Part shown: positions 28,724 to 43,523 of the stretch, piece after piece
Position numbering within the stretch: the first letter of the stretch is position 1
Layout of the letters: every line of letters begins with the position of its first letter
NCBI RefSeq assembly: GCF_009914755.1
Contig: NC_060928.1
From: the human T2T-CHM13v2.0 reference genome, Homo sapiens
Direction: 5' to 3' (one strand)
Length of the DNA stretch: 64,000 bases
The notes under the pieces: generated by a model
Told to the model about the DNA's origin: nothing
The model's input: only the letters and a program-made list of their open reading frames with translations
The model's database searches: none
Translations under genes and position numbers: made by a program

Positions 28724-29807
28724 CACTTCTGTATTTTGTTTAAGAAATCCTACCCCACCAGAAAGATACAAAAAATTTGTCTCTATTTTCTTTTAAGACT
28801 TTTATAGATTAGCTTTTTATATATGTCCTTAATTCAACTGAAGCTGATTTTTGTGTAGTGTGATGTAGGAATCTAAATTTATTTTTTCCGGTAATCATAA
28901 CCAGTATTTCTCTATCATTTATTTAGTATGCCAGACTTTCCACATGAATACTCAATTTATCCCTTCATTCAAAATACGGTGCCAACTTTATTACAAATCA
29001 AATTTTCACAAGTCCATGAATTTGCCCCTGAATAGTCTATTTTTTCATTGTTGATTGACTGTACATTAATATAAAAATTGCCTTAATATAATTTTATGAT
29101 ATATTTATATTTGACAGGAAAATCCATCCCACCTCCACCTTTGTTTCCCTTAAGAAATGTTTGGTTATTCTTGGTCCACTGATCTTCCATACAAGTTACG
29201 ACAACAGCTTATTTGAGTACGTGAAAGGATCTTGTTAGAATTTTGATAGAATGTATATTAATATATAGAAAATCATGATAGAATTTATATATTGCAATCT
29301 ATATAAATGCCATATGTCTTGATTTATGTGAGTATACTTCACTGTATCATCATTATGTTTCACAGCATTCTCCACAAAGAGCTTGCTTATCTTTTGTATA
29401 TTTGTTTTAGAGTATTTTATGTATTTATTGAAATTGTAAAGTTACCTTTTTACAATAAAATTTCAACAGAAGACTAACATAAATATATAAAAGTTCACAA
29501 TCATAAGTGTAACATTCAGTGAACTATGACATTCAGAACACATTATCATAACCCTAGACAAACATTATCATACATTATCATAACCCTAGAAGACACCTGC
29601 AGGATGCTTCCAGTCTCAACACCTTCTCTCCTCAGAAGTATGACTATTCTATCTAATTCATAAATTTACTTGTTTTTAAAAATTTTATTTGATTAGAATC
29701 ATATAGTATGTGACTGGCTTCTTTAACTCAACATTATATTAATGAGATGTATCAATGCAGCATTAGCTTATTTATTTTCATTGCTGTATAATATATTACA
29801 TTGTGAT

Positions 29808-30714
29808 TGTAAACTAAAAATAAAATCTAAAGCCCCCAAACCGACTGAATGAACCCCCTTTTAGCCGAGAGGACCCCAGAGAAACCTTAAAAACTGAGTT
29901 CCTGGCCATAGCAGGATGGAAGGTCAGACGCAGCTCGTTATAACCCCTCCCTTTTGTGGTTTAGACACAACAACTGATCAGCATTCATGTTAAAATAGAA
30001 ATGAGGTTAATAGAATGAACTCTTTGTGGCAATAAGATACCAAATTATAAACATGACCTAAGACCATGTCACACCCCTACACTTAAAGAATAAACTATGT
30101 CAACTACCACAAGATTTTTCTTTTTCTCTGGCAGCTAAACAAGCATTGGCCTTGAGATAAGCAATGCTGAAGCAATTGCACCTTCCCCAGATGCCGACTA
30201 ACTGATCCCTCCAGCCCCTGTTCCATAAACCATAACTGCAGGTTTGATTGGACAAGAGATTGATTTCAGTAACTGTCTCCTGATAAGAAGACTGGAGACT
30301 ATGGATTGGTTCTGGACAGTTTCATGAGGCTGCATATGTCAGTGCCTTCATGTCCTGAAAAGACCTTTTGATGTATAGGGTCTAATTGTAATACGTTTAA
30401 ATGTTCAGTCTCCACTCCAAAGTGAACATGAGTTGTATGTAACATGCATGTTTGTTCAATACACATGCCTCAGGACCACCTTTGTGAATATTCATAGCTT
30501 CTCCTACAGGCTGTTGGATACCTATGTTTAGGCAACTGGTTCAGCATAAAGCTCCTCCCTCAACCCCTCCTCCTTTGAAGTACCTGTCTCTGGTCTTTGC
30601 CAGAGGCTACTCTTCTGAGCCTGCAGGATGGCCACCTTGCAGCCTATAACTCTTTATAAGAAATAAAATCCTTTCTCCAAATTTATAAGTTGTGTGATTT
30701 GTTTTCAGTTAACA
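29808..30714 (+). mobile_element. ERV1 solo LTR, MER4 group (MER4D-like)
   Basis: TG...CA termini (tgtaaactaaaaataaaat...cagttaaca), AATAAA at 30662, flanks tgat/tggt. Confidence 0.85.
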
Positions 30715-30873
30715 TGGTAATACTTCACAATTTACTCTTCTATTCTAATACTGATGCATTGTTTTGGATTTGTGGCTGTCACTAATAGTCTGATTACATT
30801 CATTTTTTTGTACATCCTGGTGTATGTATGTTTACATTTCTACTGGTATATACCTGTTAGTTCAATAATTTTA

Positions 30874-31169
<296 letters not shown>

Positions 31170-31408
31170 TTTTTTTTTATTTTACCCTATTTAGAAGCTA
31201 ATGGATTAGTAGATTACTCTTTCATGAATGCTGACAGAAGACATGAAACTCTTGGGTCAGAGACAAAGAAAAATTATTTCACACAGCATAAGAAGCAACA
31301 TGAGGTTGCTTACAACATGGCCGAATAGAAACAGCTCCAGTCTACAGCTCCCAGTGAGATTGACGCAGAAGACAGGTGACTTCTGCATTTCCAACTGAAG
31401 TGCCTGGT

Positions 31409-31741
31409 TCATCTCACTGGGACTGGTTGGACAGTGGGTGCAGGCCATGGAGGGCAAGCCAAAGCAGGGTAGGGTGTTGCCTCACCCAGGAAGCACAAGG
31501 GGTTGAGGGATTTCCCTCTCTTAGCCAAGGGAAGCCATGAGTGACTGTACTTGGAGGAATGGTACACTCCTGCCCAAATACTGCACTTTTCCCATGGTCT
31601 TTGCAACTGGCAGACAAGGAGATTCCCTCCCGTGCCTGGTTCAGTGGGTCCCATGCCCATGGAGCCTTGCTTGCTGCTAGCACAGCAGTCTGAGATCGAC
31701 CTGGGATGCTGGAGCTTGGTGGGGAGAGGGGAGTCTGCCAT
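31409..31741 (-). CDS. ORF0: L1 antisense ORF0 homolog, open for 110 codons
   Basis: ATG at 31741 in gtaATGG context; MADSPLPTKLQHPRSISDCCASSKQGSMGMGPTEPG resembles L1HS ORF0 (MAGAPPP...ISDCCAS...GPSEPG). Expression unknown. Confidence 0.6.
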   Translation of the reverse strand: MADSPLPTKLQHPRSISDCCASSKQGSMGMGPTEPGTGGNLLVCQLQRPWEKCSIWAGVYHSSKYSHSWLPLAKRGKSLNPLCFLGEATPYPALACPPWPAPTVQPVPVR

Positions 31742-33749
31742 TACTGAGGCTTGAGTAGGCAGTTCTATCCTTACAGTGTAAACAAAGCAGCAGGGAAGCT
31801 CGAACTGGACAGAGCCCACTGCAGCTCAGCAAGGCCTACTGCCTCTCTAGATTCCACCTCTGGGGGCAAGACATATTCAACTTTCTTAAAGGCAAGAATT
31901 TTCAACCCAGAATTTCATATCCAGCCAAACTAAGCTTCATAAGCGAAGGAGAAATAAAATCCTTTACAGACAAGCAAATGCTGAGAGATTTTGTCACCAC
32001 CATGGCTGCCTTACAAGAGCTCCTGAAGGAAGCACTAAACATGGAAAGGAAAAACTGGGACCAGTCACTGCAAAAACTTACCAAATTGTAGACTATCAAT
32101 GCTATGAAGAAACTGCATCAATTAATGGGCAAAATAACCAGCTAGCATCATAATAGCAAGATCAAATTCACACATAACAATATTAACCTTAAATGTAAAT
32201 GGGCTAAATGACCCAATTGAAAGATACAGAGTGGCAAATTGGATGATGAGTCAAGACCCATCGGTGTGCTGTATTCAGGAGGCCCATCTCACATGCAAAG
32301 ACACACATAGGCTCAAAATAAAAGGATGGAGGAAGATCTACCAAGCAAATGGAAAAAAAAAAAGCAGGGTTTGCAATCCCGGTCTCTGATAAAACAGACT
32401 TTAAATGAACAAAGATCAAAAGAGACAAAGAAGGGCATTACATAATGGTAAAGGGATCAATTCAACAAGAAGAGCTAACTATCCTAAATATATATGCACC
32501 AAATACAGGTGCAAGCAGATTCATAAAGCAAGTTCTTAGAGATCTATGAAAAGACTTACACTCCCACACAATAATAATGGGAGAATTTAACACCCCACTG
32601 TCAATATTAGACAGACCAATGAGACAGAAAATTAACAAGGATATCCAGGACTTGAACTCAGCTCTGGACCAAGCAGACATAATAGACATCTACAGAACTC
32701 TCCACCCCAAATGAACAGAATATACATTCTTCTCAGCACCATATCACACTCTTCTAAAATTGACCACATAATTGGAAGTAAAACACTCCTCAGCAAATCT
32801 AAAAGAACAGAAATCACAACAAACAGTTTCTCAAACCACAGTGTAATCAAACTAGAATGCAGGATTAAGAAACTCACTCAAAACTGCACAACTACATGGA
32901 AACCAAACCCTTCAAAAAAATCAAGGAATCCAGGAGCTGGTTTTTTGAAAAGATCAACAAAATAGATTGACCACAGGCAAGACTAATAAAGAAGAAAAGA
33001 GAGAAGAAATGAATAGATGCAATAAAAAATGATGAAGGGGATATCACCACCAATCCCACAGAAATATAAACTACCATCAGAGAATACTATCAAGACCTCT
33101 ACACAAATAAACTAGAAAATCTAGAAGAAATGGATAAATTCCTGGACACATACACCCTCCCAAGACTAAACCAGGAAGAAGTTGAATCTCTGAATAGACC
33201 AATTACAGGTTCTGAAATTGAGGCAATAATTAATAGCCTACCAACCAAAAAAACTCCAGGACCAGACAGATTCACAGCCAAATTCTACCAGAGGTACAAA
33301 GAGGAGCTGGTACCATCCCTTCTGAAACTATTCCATTCAATAGAAAAAGTGGGAATCCTCCCTAACTCATTTTATAAGCCCAGTATCATCCTGATACCAA
33401 AGCCTGGCAGAGACACAACAAAATCCCTAACATCAATGTGAAAATCCTTAATAAAACACTGGCAAACTGAATCCAGCAGCACATCAAAAAGCTCATCTAC
33501 CACGATCAAGTCAGCTTCATCCCTGGGATGCAAGGCCAGTTCAACTTACGCAAATCAGTAAATGTAATGTATCACATAAACAGAACCAATGACAAAAACC
33601 ACATGATTATCTCATAGATTCAGGAAAGGTCTTAGACAAAATTCAACAGGCTTTTATGCTAGAAACTCTCAATAAACTAGGTTTTGATGGAGCATATCTT
33701 AAAATAACAAGAGCTATTTATGACAAACCCACAGCCAATATCATACTGA

Positions 33750-34859
33750 TTGGACAAACCTGGAAGAATTTCCTTTGGAAACCTGCACAAGACAAGGATG
33801 CCCTCTCTCACCACTCCTATTGAACATAGTATTGGAAGTTCTGGCCAGGGCTGTCAGGCAAGAGAAGGAAATAAAGGGTATTCAATTAGGAAAAGAGGAA
33901 GTCATGTTGCAGACAACATGATTGTATATTTAGAACACACCATTGTCTCAGCTCCAAATCTCGTTAAGCTGATAAGCAAATTCAGCAAAGTCTCAGGATA
34001 TAAAATCAATGAACAAAAATCACAAGCATTCCTATACACCAATAAGAGACAAACAGAGAGCCAAATCATGAGTGAACTCCCATTCACAATTACTACAAAG
34101 AGAATAAAATACCTAGGAATCCAACTTACAGGGGATGTGAAGGACCTCTTCAAGGAGAACTACAAACCACTGCTCAATGAAATAAAAGAGGACACAAACA
34201 AATGGAAGAACATTTCATGCTCATGGATAGGAAGAACCAATATCATGAAAATAGTCATACTGCCCAAAGTAATTTATAGATTCAATGCTATCCCCATCAA
34301 GCTACCACTGAATTTCTTCACAGAATTGGAAAAAACGATTTTCAATGTCATATGGAACCAAAAAAGAGCCTGCATAGCCAAGATAATCCTGAGCAAAGAG
34401 AACAAAGCTGGAGGCATCACACTACCTGACTTCAAACTACACTTCAAGGCTACAGTAACCAAAACAACATGGTACTGGTACCAAAACAGTTATATAGACC
34501 AAAGGAATAGAACAGAGGCCTCAGAAATAATGCCACACATCTTCAACCATCTGATCTTTGACAAACCTGACAAAAAAAAGCAATGGGGAAGAGATTCCCT
34601 ATTTAATAAATGGTGCTGGGAAAACTGGCTAGCCATATGTAGAAAGCTGAGACTGGATCCCTTCCTTACACCTTATACAAAAATTAACTCAAGATGGATT
34701 AAAGACTTAAATATAAGTCCTAAATCCGTAAAAGCCGTAGAAGAAAACCTACGCAATACCATGCAGGACATAGGCATGGGTAAAGACTTCATGAGTGAAA
34801 CACTGAAAGTAATGGCAACAAAAGCCAACATAGACAAATGGGATCTAATTAAACTATAG
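33750..34859 (+). pseudogene. L1 ORF2p fragment (late RT and thumb), catalytically dead
   Basis: 369-aa ORF containing [20 protein letters not shown] and [10 protein letters not shown]; the FADD motif reads VADN; the N-terminus is frameshifted. Confidence 0.9.
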
Positions 34860-35735
34860 AGCTTTTGCACAGTAAAAGAAACTATCATCAGAGTGAACAG
34901 GCAACCTACAGAATCAAAGAAAATATTTGCAATCTGTCCATCTGACAAAGGGCTAATATCCAGAATCTACAAAGAACTTAAACAAATTTAAAAGAAAAAA
35001 GACAAACAATGCCATCAAAAAGCGGGCAAAGGATATCAACAGACACTTCTCAAAAAAAAGACATTTATGCAGCCAAGAGACATATGAAAAAAAGCTCATC
35101 ATCACTGTCATCAGAGAAATGCAAATCAAAACCACAATGAGATACCATCTCTCACCAGTGTGAATGGCGATCATTAAAAAGTCAGGAAACAACAGATGCT
35201 GGAGGGGATGTGGAGAAATAGGAACGCTTTTACACTGGAACATCACACACTGGGTCTTGTTTGTGGGGTGGGGGGCTGGGGGAGGGATAGCGTTAGGAGA
35301 ATTACCTAATGTCAATGACGAGTTGATGGGTGCAGTAAACCAACATGGCACATGTATACCTATGGAACAAACGTGCATGTTGGGCACATGTACCCTAGAA
35401 CTTAAAGTATAATAAATAAGAAAAAGCAACATGAGTTTCAACATATTTGTGTCAGTTTTTCTCCCCATCTCCAATGTCTCCTGAAGATGAAGTATAGGAC
35501 CAAGATGGTTGCCTGCACATGAGTACAATGTTAAATAGAATTGGTGATAGAAAAATCTTTTCTTCTTCCAGATCAGGCAACAAGCTTTCAATATTTTATC
35601 ATTAAATATAATGTTTATTCTATGTCATTATTATTATTATTATTGAAGTATATTTTAAATATAACATAGCATACAGATTTTAAATGTGGAGATTAATCAG
35701 TTTTGATAAATGTGTACAGACCCCAATAAATTCCA

Positions 35736-37036
35736 TGTGGTAGGAAGAATTCTTAGATGACCCCCAAATTTCCTAGTCTCTAGGGTTCACACCCTATATG
35801 ATTCCCTCCCTCAAATGTGGGTAAGGTCTGCAAATATGATGAAATATCACTCCCTTTATTATGCTTTGTTATATAGACAAAGAGATTCTGCAGTTATAAT
35901 TAATGTCCCTAGTCAGTCGATTTCAATAAAAAGGATGAGCCTACTGTAATTAGGTAGCTTTTATTTTTATTTTATTTTATTTTATTTTATTTTATTTTAT
36001 TTTATTTTAAGTTCTGGGATACATGTGCTGAACATGCAGGTTTGTTACATAGGTATATATGTGCCATGGTAGTTTGCTGCACCTATCAAACTGTCATTTA
36101 GGTTTTAAGCCCCCCATGCATTAGGTATTTGTCCTAATTCTCTCCCTCCCCTTACCCCCCACCCCACGACAGGCCCTAAGTGTGTTATGTTCCCCTCCCT
36201 GTGTCCAGGTGTTCTCATTGTTCAACCCCCACTTATGAATGAGAACATGAAGTGTTTGGTTTTCTGTTCCTGTGTTAGTTTGCTGAGGATGATGGTTTCC
36301 ACCTTTGTCCATGTCCCTGCAAAGGACGTAAAGTCATTTTTATGGCTGCATAGTATTCCATGGTGTATATGTGCCATATTATCTTTATCCAGTCTATCAT
36401 TGATGGGCATTTGGGTAGGTTCCAAGTCTTTGCTATTGTAAATGTGCTACAATAAACATACGTGTGCAAAAAACATACGTCTTTATAGTAGCGTGATTTA
36501 TAATCCTTTGGGTATATACCCAGCAATGGGATTGCTGGGTCAAATGGTATTTCTGGTTCTAGATCCTTGAGGAATCACCACATTGTCTTCCACAATGGCT
36601 GACACTCCCACCAACAGTGTAAAAGCATTCCTACTTCTCCACATCCTTGCCAGCAGCAGCGGACATACTTCTGATTCATAAAAAAATAATCAGGCTTGTT
36701 GTGAACTGCCTATAGAAGGGTCCCTGTGATTAGGAAATGAGGGTAACTTTAGGCATTTAGAGTGTGACTTCTATCTGAAAGTCAGTAAGAAACATGGACT
36801 TCAGTTCTACAGATGTGAGGAACTAAATTGTTCCTGCAACAACAAGAACCTGGACAAGGACCTTGGACTCCAGGTGAGACTGCAGCTCTAGCTAACACTT
36901 TGTCAACCCTTGGCAGAAGACCCAGCTATGCCATACTTAGACTTCTGACCTACAGAAACTGTAAAATAATAAATGGATGTTGTTTAAGTCACTAAGTTTG
37001 TGGTACTTTGTTATACAGCATCAAAAAACTAGTACA
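35736..37036 (+). mobile_element. MLT1E-like solo LTR interrupted by L1
   Basis: 'tgtggtaggaagaattc' to 'ttaagtcactaagtttgtggtactttgttatacagca...ctagtaca'. Confidence 0.8.
35959..36654 (-). mobile_element. L1PA8-like 3' fragment with (TTTTA)n tail
   Basis: 'aggttttaagccccccatgcattaggtatttgtcctaa' 3' UTR motif. Confidence 0.9.
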
Positions 37037-37544
37037 TTTCCTCATGTCCCTTTCCAATTCATCTCCTTATGCTAGAGGCTGCTCTGATTTCAATCGCCGT
37101 ATCTTAGTTTTGCCTATCCTAGAATTTGATACAAATTGCAACATATATGTAAATAAAATCTTTGGTGTCTGGCATTTTTATTCAAGTTGTGTACATCAGT
37201 AGTTTGTTCTTTTTCTTGCTAAGTATTCTATCATATGAATATATTGCAATTTTATTATAATCACCTGGTTATGGCATTGGGTTGTTTCCATTTTAGGGCA
37301 ATTATGAATGAAGCTGCTATTTTGAACCTTGTAGCCCCCATATCTTTTCTGGACATATGTTTTGTTTCTTTTGGGAAAGTACCTGGAGTAGAATTCCTGA
37401 GTCATCGGGAAGGTGAATGTGTATAAGATATGGCCAGATTATTTTCTAAAAAATTATATTATTTTTCATTCCCACCAGCAATGCATGAGCATGCCAATAC
37501 TTCTGCATCTTGCCAAAACTTGTTTTTGACAGCCTTTTTAGTAG

Positions 37545-37760
37545 ACCCTAGAGCAAAACTGGCAGAATTTGAATTACAGCATTGCAACTTAATGTATGAC
37601 CTTGACCAAGTTTCTCGCTGTGTCTCAGTCTTCTTATTTGTAAATTGAGCACAATACTTGTACCTACTTCATAGGGTTGCTTTGATGATTAAGTGAGTTT
37701 ATGTAAGTAAAGTCCTTAGATTCATGCTTGACATTTGGTATTATATAAATGAAAGCCATT
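37545..37760 (+). mobile_element. MIR
   Basis: MIR core 'tgaccttgaccaagtt...ctcagtcttcttatttgtaaa...tacctacttcatagggttg'. Confidence 0.75.
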
Positions 37761-38511
37761 GTAATTGAATATTTTTGTACTTGTGTTCATGAAAAAGATT
37801 GGTCTATAATTTTCTTTCTTGTACTCAACTTTTAAGGTTTTGTTGACTTTCTAAATTGCATTTATATTATTGGCAAGTCTTGTAATGATCCTTCAAATTT
37901 GTATCTTTAAATATAAACTCAATTTATGTCCATGTTGTTTGTATTTTCTTTTCTTCTTTTTTTTTCATTAATCTTGCCATTGTTTTTATCTGTTCTTAGT
38001 GTTTTCAAAGACTCAACTCTTAAATTTGTTGATCTGCTCCATTACGGGTTTATTTTCCTTGTCATTTATTTGTGCTTTTATTTGCATTTTCTATTTTTGG
38101 CAGATAAACTCTTCTCTTTTCCTCTTGTAACTTCTTAATTTGGGTATTTTATTTTTCAATACTTAGACTTTCTTTTAAAAATGTTAGCGCTTAAGTGTAA
38201 GTCTACATTTCCCTCTATGTACACTGTTAGCTGCATACCAAAGATTTTGATATGAGGTTTTCTCATTAAAACTAGTTTTAAATATTTCCCAATTTTCAGT
38301 ATTTTTCTTTAATAAGAATTGCATATCCATGTGATTTTTTAATTTCAATATAAGCATCTTTCCTGGTCATCTTTTTGTTATTGAATTTTATCAAATAGTT
38401 TTATGCATTTTTTGAAAACATAGCATTCTTGTATCTTACATTGTTGTTTGTCAAATTCTGGGACATTTATTGAGACTGATTTATTGCCTAGGTTATGGTC
38501 AGTTTTCCTAA

Positions 38512-38923
<412 letters not shown>

Positions 38924-40269
38924 TGAGCTTGCTCATCAAACTCTTTGAAGTCATATATCCTTGCTGATTTTTTGTCTGCTTGATTATTTATTCTCGAACA
39001 TTAATTCTCTTTTTCACCTGTGATCATTTATAATTTAAATCTGCTCCTAAAACAAGACATGAAAATTTATAACTTTGTCAAGTTTAGCTTCTAATTTGGA
39101 ACATTTTTGCCTTATAGATTTTGAGACACTATGATTAGTATTTGCCTCACAACTTTTTATATTTTATCTTCAATCCTTTGGCATTTTTATATTTTTGGAG
39201 TTTCCTTAGTAAAGCACACTTAACTCAATGTATTATAAAAAATATAATTGACAATCTTTGTCTTTTAAGAGTTTAATTTGTTTACATTTTTGTTATTACT
39301 TTCTAAGTTTATTTCTACTTTCTTGCTCTGTGCTTCCCATATTGTCTTTCCATAACTGAGTAGTATTTTCTACATAGTATCATTTTCTTATTCTGATTAT
39401 TTCTTTATAGACAACAAATATATCTTTCTGGGCTACTTTTTGGATAACTTCTTCTAACTTCTCACAGAATTCCTTAATTCTCTCTTCAACTGAGTTTAAT
39501 ATATAGTTTAACTTATTTATTGAGTTAAAATTGTCATTATTGTTTTTATGCACAGAATTTTTTTCTGATTATTATTTTTCAAATTTCATTGGTAAGTTCT
39601 ATATGCTCATTCTTTGTTCATATATTTAATTTCCTCTTTTATTAGTTAAAATCTATTAGTGATAATTAATTTTTACTCTGTCTTACAATTTAAATATCAT
39701 TGTGGGTTTGATGCTACCTTCTATTGTTTTTGCTGACAACATGGAGCATGTATCCTCGTTTTGTTTATGGCTTTATGAACTCAGGTTCCTTAAAACTTTT
39801 TATGTGAATATTCTTTTATGCCTGGTCTGAGGTTACATCTTCTAAAGAGGAATTGAGTTTGCTTCTCCTTGTTTGCAGAAGTACCACCAATTTGGAGTCA
39901 CTTTATCTGAGCTGATATGAATTTGTGCTACAGCCTTACATAATAAAAGGATTGCATTGTGATATCTCAGGGGTAAATTTTTCATATTCTTGTAGCAATA
40001 AAATTAAGATAGGCAAGATTCCTTGCTGGCCTCTTCCGCAGGGCACCCTGACACTGAGGATATAGTCCTGTTGTTCCCCAGATTTATGTGAGGGAGTTTT
40101 ATCGGAGTCTATATTTTTGTCTGCTCTAGGCTGTAAGTTTCACATATGTTGTAGTCAGTGAAACTAAAACTCAAGGTCACTAGAGTTTTGTAGAAGTCAT
40201 CAGAGTGGCTTAGGCACTGGCTGATCTCTCAGAGTTCCTACTTTCACTTCATTTTTTGTCCTCTATTGG

Positions 40270-40294
40270 TTCCATCCTTTGTGTGTAGGGGTGT

Positions 40295-40331
<37 letters not shown>

Positions 40332-40346
40332 GTTGTGTGTGTGTGT
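40270..40346. repeat. Interrupted (TG)n microsatellite
   Basis: Direct reading. Confidence 0.95.
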
Positions 40347-41915
40347 TTGCCATTTCCGTTGTATACTAAAATTTGTCTTTTTCATTATTTTAAAATGTTG
40401 CCTAAATTATTAGTTATCGTCTTCAATAGGGTTGTTTAGGATATCCAATCTGTCACGATAGAAATGGAAGAAAGTTAGGCTTTCTTAATATTTGTGGAAT
40501 CTATCCCCCTTTCTCTGTGTTACCTCCAGCTTTTTAAGTTTAGACCTTCATTGTTTGTCAGCTGGATTCTGGTTTCACCCTACTTCACATCGTGGTGATG
40601 TCAAATTTTCATGGTGTTCTCCTTGAGTTTGGCATAAAATTTAAATTCCTTAGAGAACACAGAGAAGGAACAGTCAATAAGGAGTGACTAAAACGGAAGA
40701 GTGAACTATTAGGGAGCAGAGCCAATTCAAAAATGGAGTAATCAATAGCATATCTTGAAGAATATAAGACCATGAAATTATGTCATTTTACTTTTTAGTC
40801 TAAAAGCACAGATTTCTACTATGTATCTGAGAGAAAAATCAAATTCCCCAAGTTCATCACTTGTATTTCAAAGCACATTATTTGCTTAATCTAAAAAGAT
40901 CTTTGACAGCAAGTTTCAAGTACTTAAGAATGCACAAGACTTCTTGTCCATGAATAGAATGAACAGAGAGATGGATATATGTCTCATTATAGAAGTCTTC
41001 CTGAATGATAATTCTATTGCAGATGGATAATGATATGTTGCCTCTCTTTGCTGTTATTGAGCATTAGATTGTTATTAACACTGTCTCATTTTCTATTACC
41101 TACAAAGTGGGGGTGGGGAGAGAACTAGGTTCTTTTCATAATACATTTTTAAAGCTTATTTTATCAATGTCTAACATACCATGATTTTAAAAGCATGTTA
41201 TTACTTCCTCAGCTCAATTAATTTAATACTAATTTAAAAACCTACAATCATCAATGATAAGGAGGGATTCAAAAAATAATGAATTAGATAATACTTTATA
41301 TTATTTTTTCATTTGTCTGTTTGCATGCAAGGCACACACTCACACACTCGTCTTCATCAGCAATCCAATCGAAAAAGGGCCTGGTACTTTAAGTGCCTGG
41401 ACAGAAAGGGGAAGTTTCATTGATAACATATCAATGCATCTAATACATTGGCAAACTTTTATTTAGTAAAAAATCTTTAAAGAGCAAAAAGCAAATTTTG
41501 TGAAGAATATTGCCATGATTATAAACAGATGAAGAAACACAGATGTTAAAATAACAGTGTTGATGCAGATGTTTCAGAGAAACAATATGTAGTCAATAAT
41601 TCCTAACCAAAGGCCTGTAATGGATAACAGGCCTAATATATTCACGTAGGGGGACACTAAACTCAGGTTAGACAAAAACCGCTTTCCAGGAAAGGGTTAT
41701 CTAAGATTGGATGACTGACTTCATAAAGCCTTCTGCTTTGCTTTATTAAGTGTCTTCATATCTTTTGCTTGTAATTTCCCTATAATCGGCTATGGTTAAA
41801 ACTGGGCTGCTCTAACTCAAAATATCAAGGCCTTGCTGATTTTCTTGTCTTAATTGTTTCCTGTGACACAGCCATCAAGTAAAGTCAAAGCATCATAGTA
41901 TTGTTGCCTTCTAGA

Positions 41916-42440
41916 CCAATACTATCCAACAGTAATATAAAGCAGTCCTAAAGAGCAAGCCACATATGTAATCTAAAATTTCCTAATATATTTTGAAAAA
42001 GGAAAAGGAACAGAAGAAATTAATTTTAATAATGTATTTTCATTTAACTCAATGTCCAAAATATTACAATTTTAATATATAATTTTTTATAGAGATGGGG
42101 TCTAGCTCTGTCACCCAGGCTGAAGTGCAGTGACATGGTAATGAGTCACTGCAATCTCAAACTTTTAAGCTCAAGCAATCCTCCTGCCTAAGCCTCCTGA
42201 AAAGCAAGGACTAGAGGCTTGCACTTCCCTATCTGGCTATTTTTTTTTTATTTTCTGTAGAAACAGAGTCTCACTATGTTGCTTAGGCTATTAATCAGAT
42301 ATTTTATGTTATATTTACATACTAAGCCTCCAAAATCTTGTGCATATTTTATACTTACAGCACATCTCCATTTGGACTAGGCATGTGCCAAGTGCTCAAT
42401 TAGCCATATGCAGCTAGTGGCTCCTATATGGACAGCACAG
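41916..42440. mobile_element. MER33-like hAT-Charlie MITE interrupted by an Alu fragment
   Basis: 'ctatccaacagtaatataa...ccacatatgtaat' and 'ttatacttacagcacatctc...tagtggctcctatatggacagcacag'. Confidence 0.75.
42083..42289 (-). mobile_element. Truncated AluJ
   Basis: Antisense Alu right arm plus part of the left arm. Confidence 0.85.
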
Positions 42441-42476
42441 TTGTAGATTTAAAATATATATATTTTAAGAATTACA

Positions 42477-42788
42477 GGGACAGGCATGGTGGCTCATGCT
42501 TGTAATCCTGGTATTTATGGAGGCTGAGGTGGGATGATTGCTTGAGCCCAAGTGTTCAAGACCAGCCTGGGAAATATAGTGAAACCCTGTCTCTATGCAA
42601 AAATAAAAAATATTTGCTCAGTGTGGTGGCACATGCTTGTGGTCCCAGTTCCTCGAGAGGCTGAGGTGGGAGGATCACTTGAGCCCAGGAAGTCGAGGCT
42701 GCAGTAAGCTGTTATCATGCCATTGCACTCCAGCCTGGGTGACAGAGTGGGACCCTGTCTCAAAAAAAAAAAAAAGAAGAAGAAGAAG
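42477..42788 (+). mobile_element. AluJ
   Basis: 'ggatcacttgagcccagga...gaggctgcagt' J-type motifs; A/AAG tail. Confidence 0.93.
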
Positions 42789-42848
42789 CTCACAAAACAG
42801 CTTTTTTGATTAGACTCAGCTGCCTTCACTCCATCTCTGTGAAAATAG

Positions 42849-43209
<361 letters not shown>

Positions 43210-43523
43210 TCATCTGTTTATTTAACAAATATTTACTCTTTGTTGATTGTGTGCTGTATAGTGGATTCGCTGCTGGGGTGAATGTCATAAATAATCCCCA
43301 TTCTTCCATTCTTACAAAGCTTACCTTATCATGAGAAATGTGGACACATACATGTTGTTGAACATTTTGTGCTAGAGACTCTTCTAAGTGTACTATTATT
43401 TTCTCCAATTTACAGATGAGAAAAGGGTAGTCAATTAGCTCCTTGCTAGAATGTCATATCTGTCTCCATAGCTCTTTCCTTTCCCAAGCTGAAGTCATTA
43501 GTTGTTACCTAGAGGCTCCTGGG

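Larger units (their letters stand above)
31305..35423 (+). mobile_element. L1PA7-like element with both ends intact and ~2 kb of internal deletions
   Basis: 5' UTR 'catggccgaatagaaacagctcc', ORF2 body, 3' UTR; TSD aagcaacatgag at 31293-31304 and 35424-35435. Confidence 0.95.

Noticed and set aside
31861-35240. Spliced-L1 explanation for the internal deletions
   Set aside because: The first junction has no GT donor and shows microhomology; the 35237 junction is off by a base from a GT-AG join
34953-35591. 212-aa minus-strand ORF
   Set aside because: Antisense reading of the L1 3' end across a deletion junction
41094-41125. Second minus-strand YAG|GT motif (cccccactttgtag|gtaata)
   Set aside because: Weak donor; expected by chance in 64 kb
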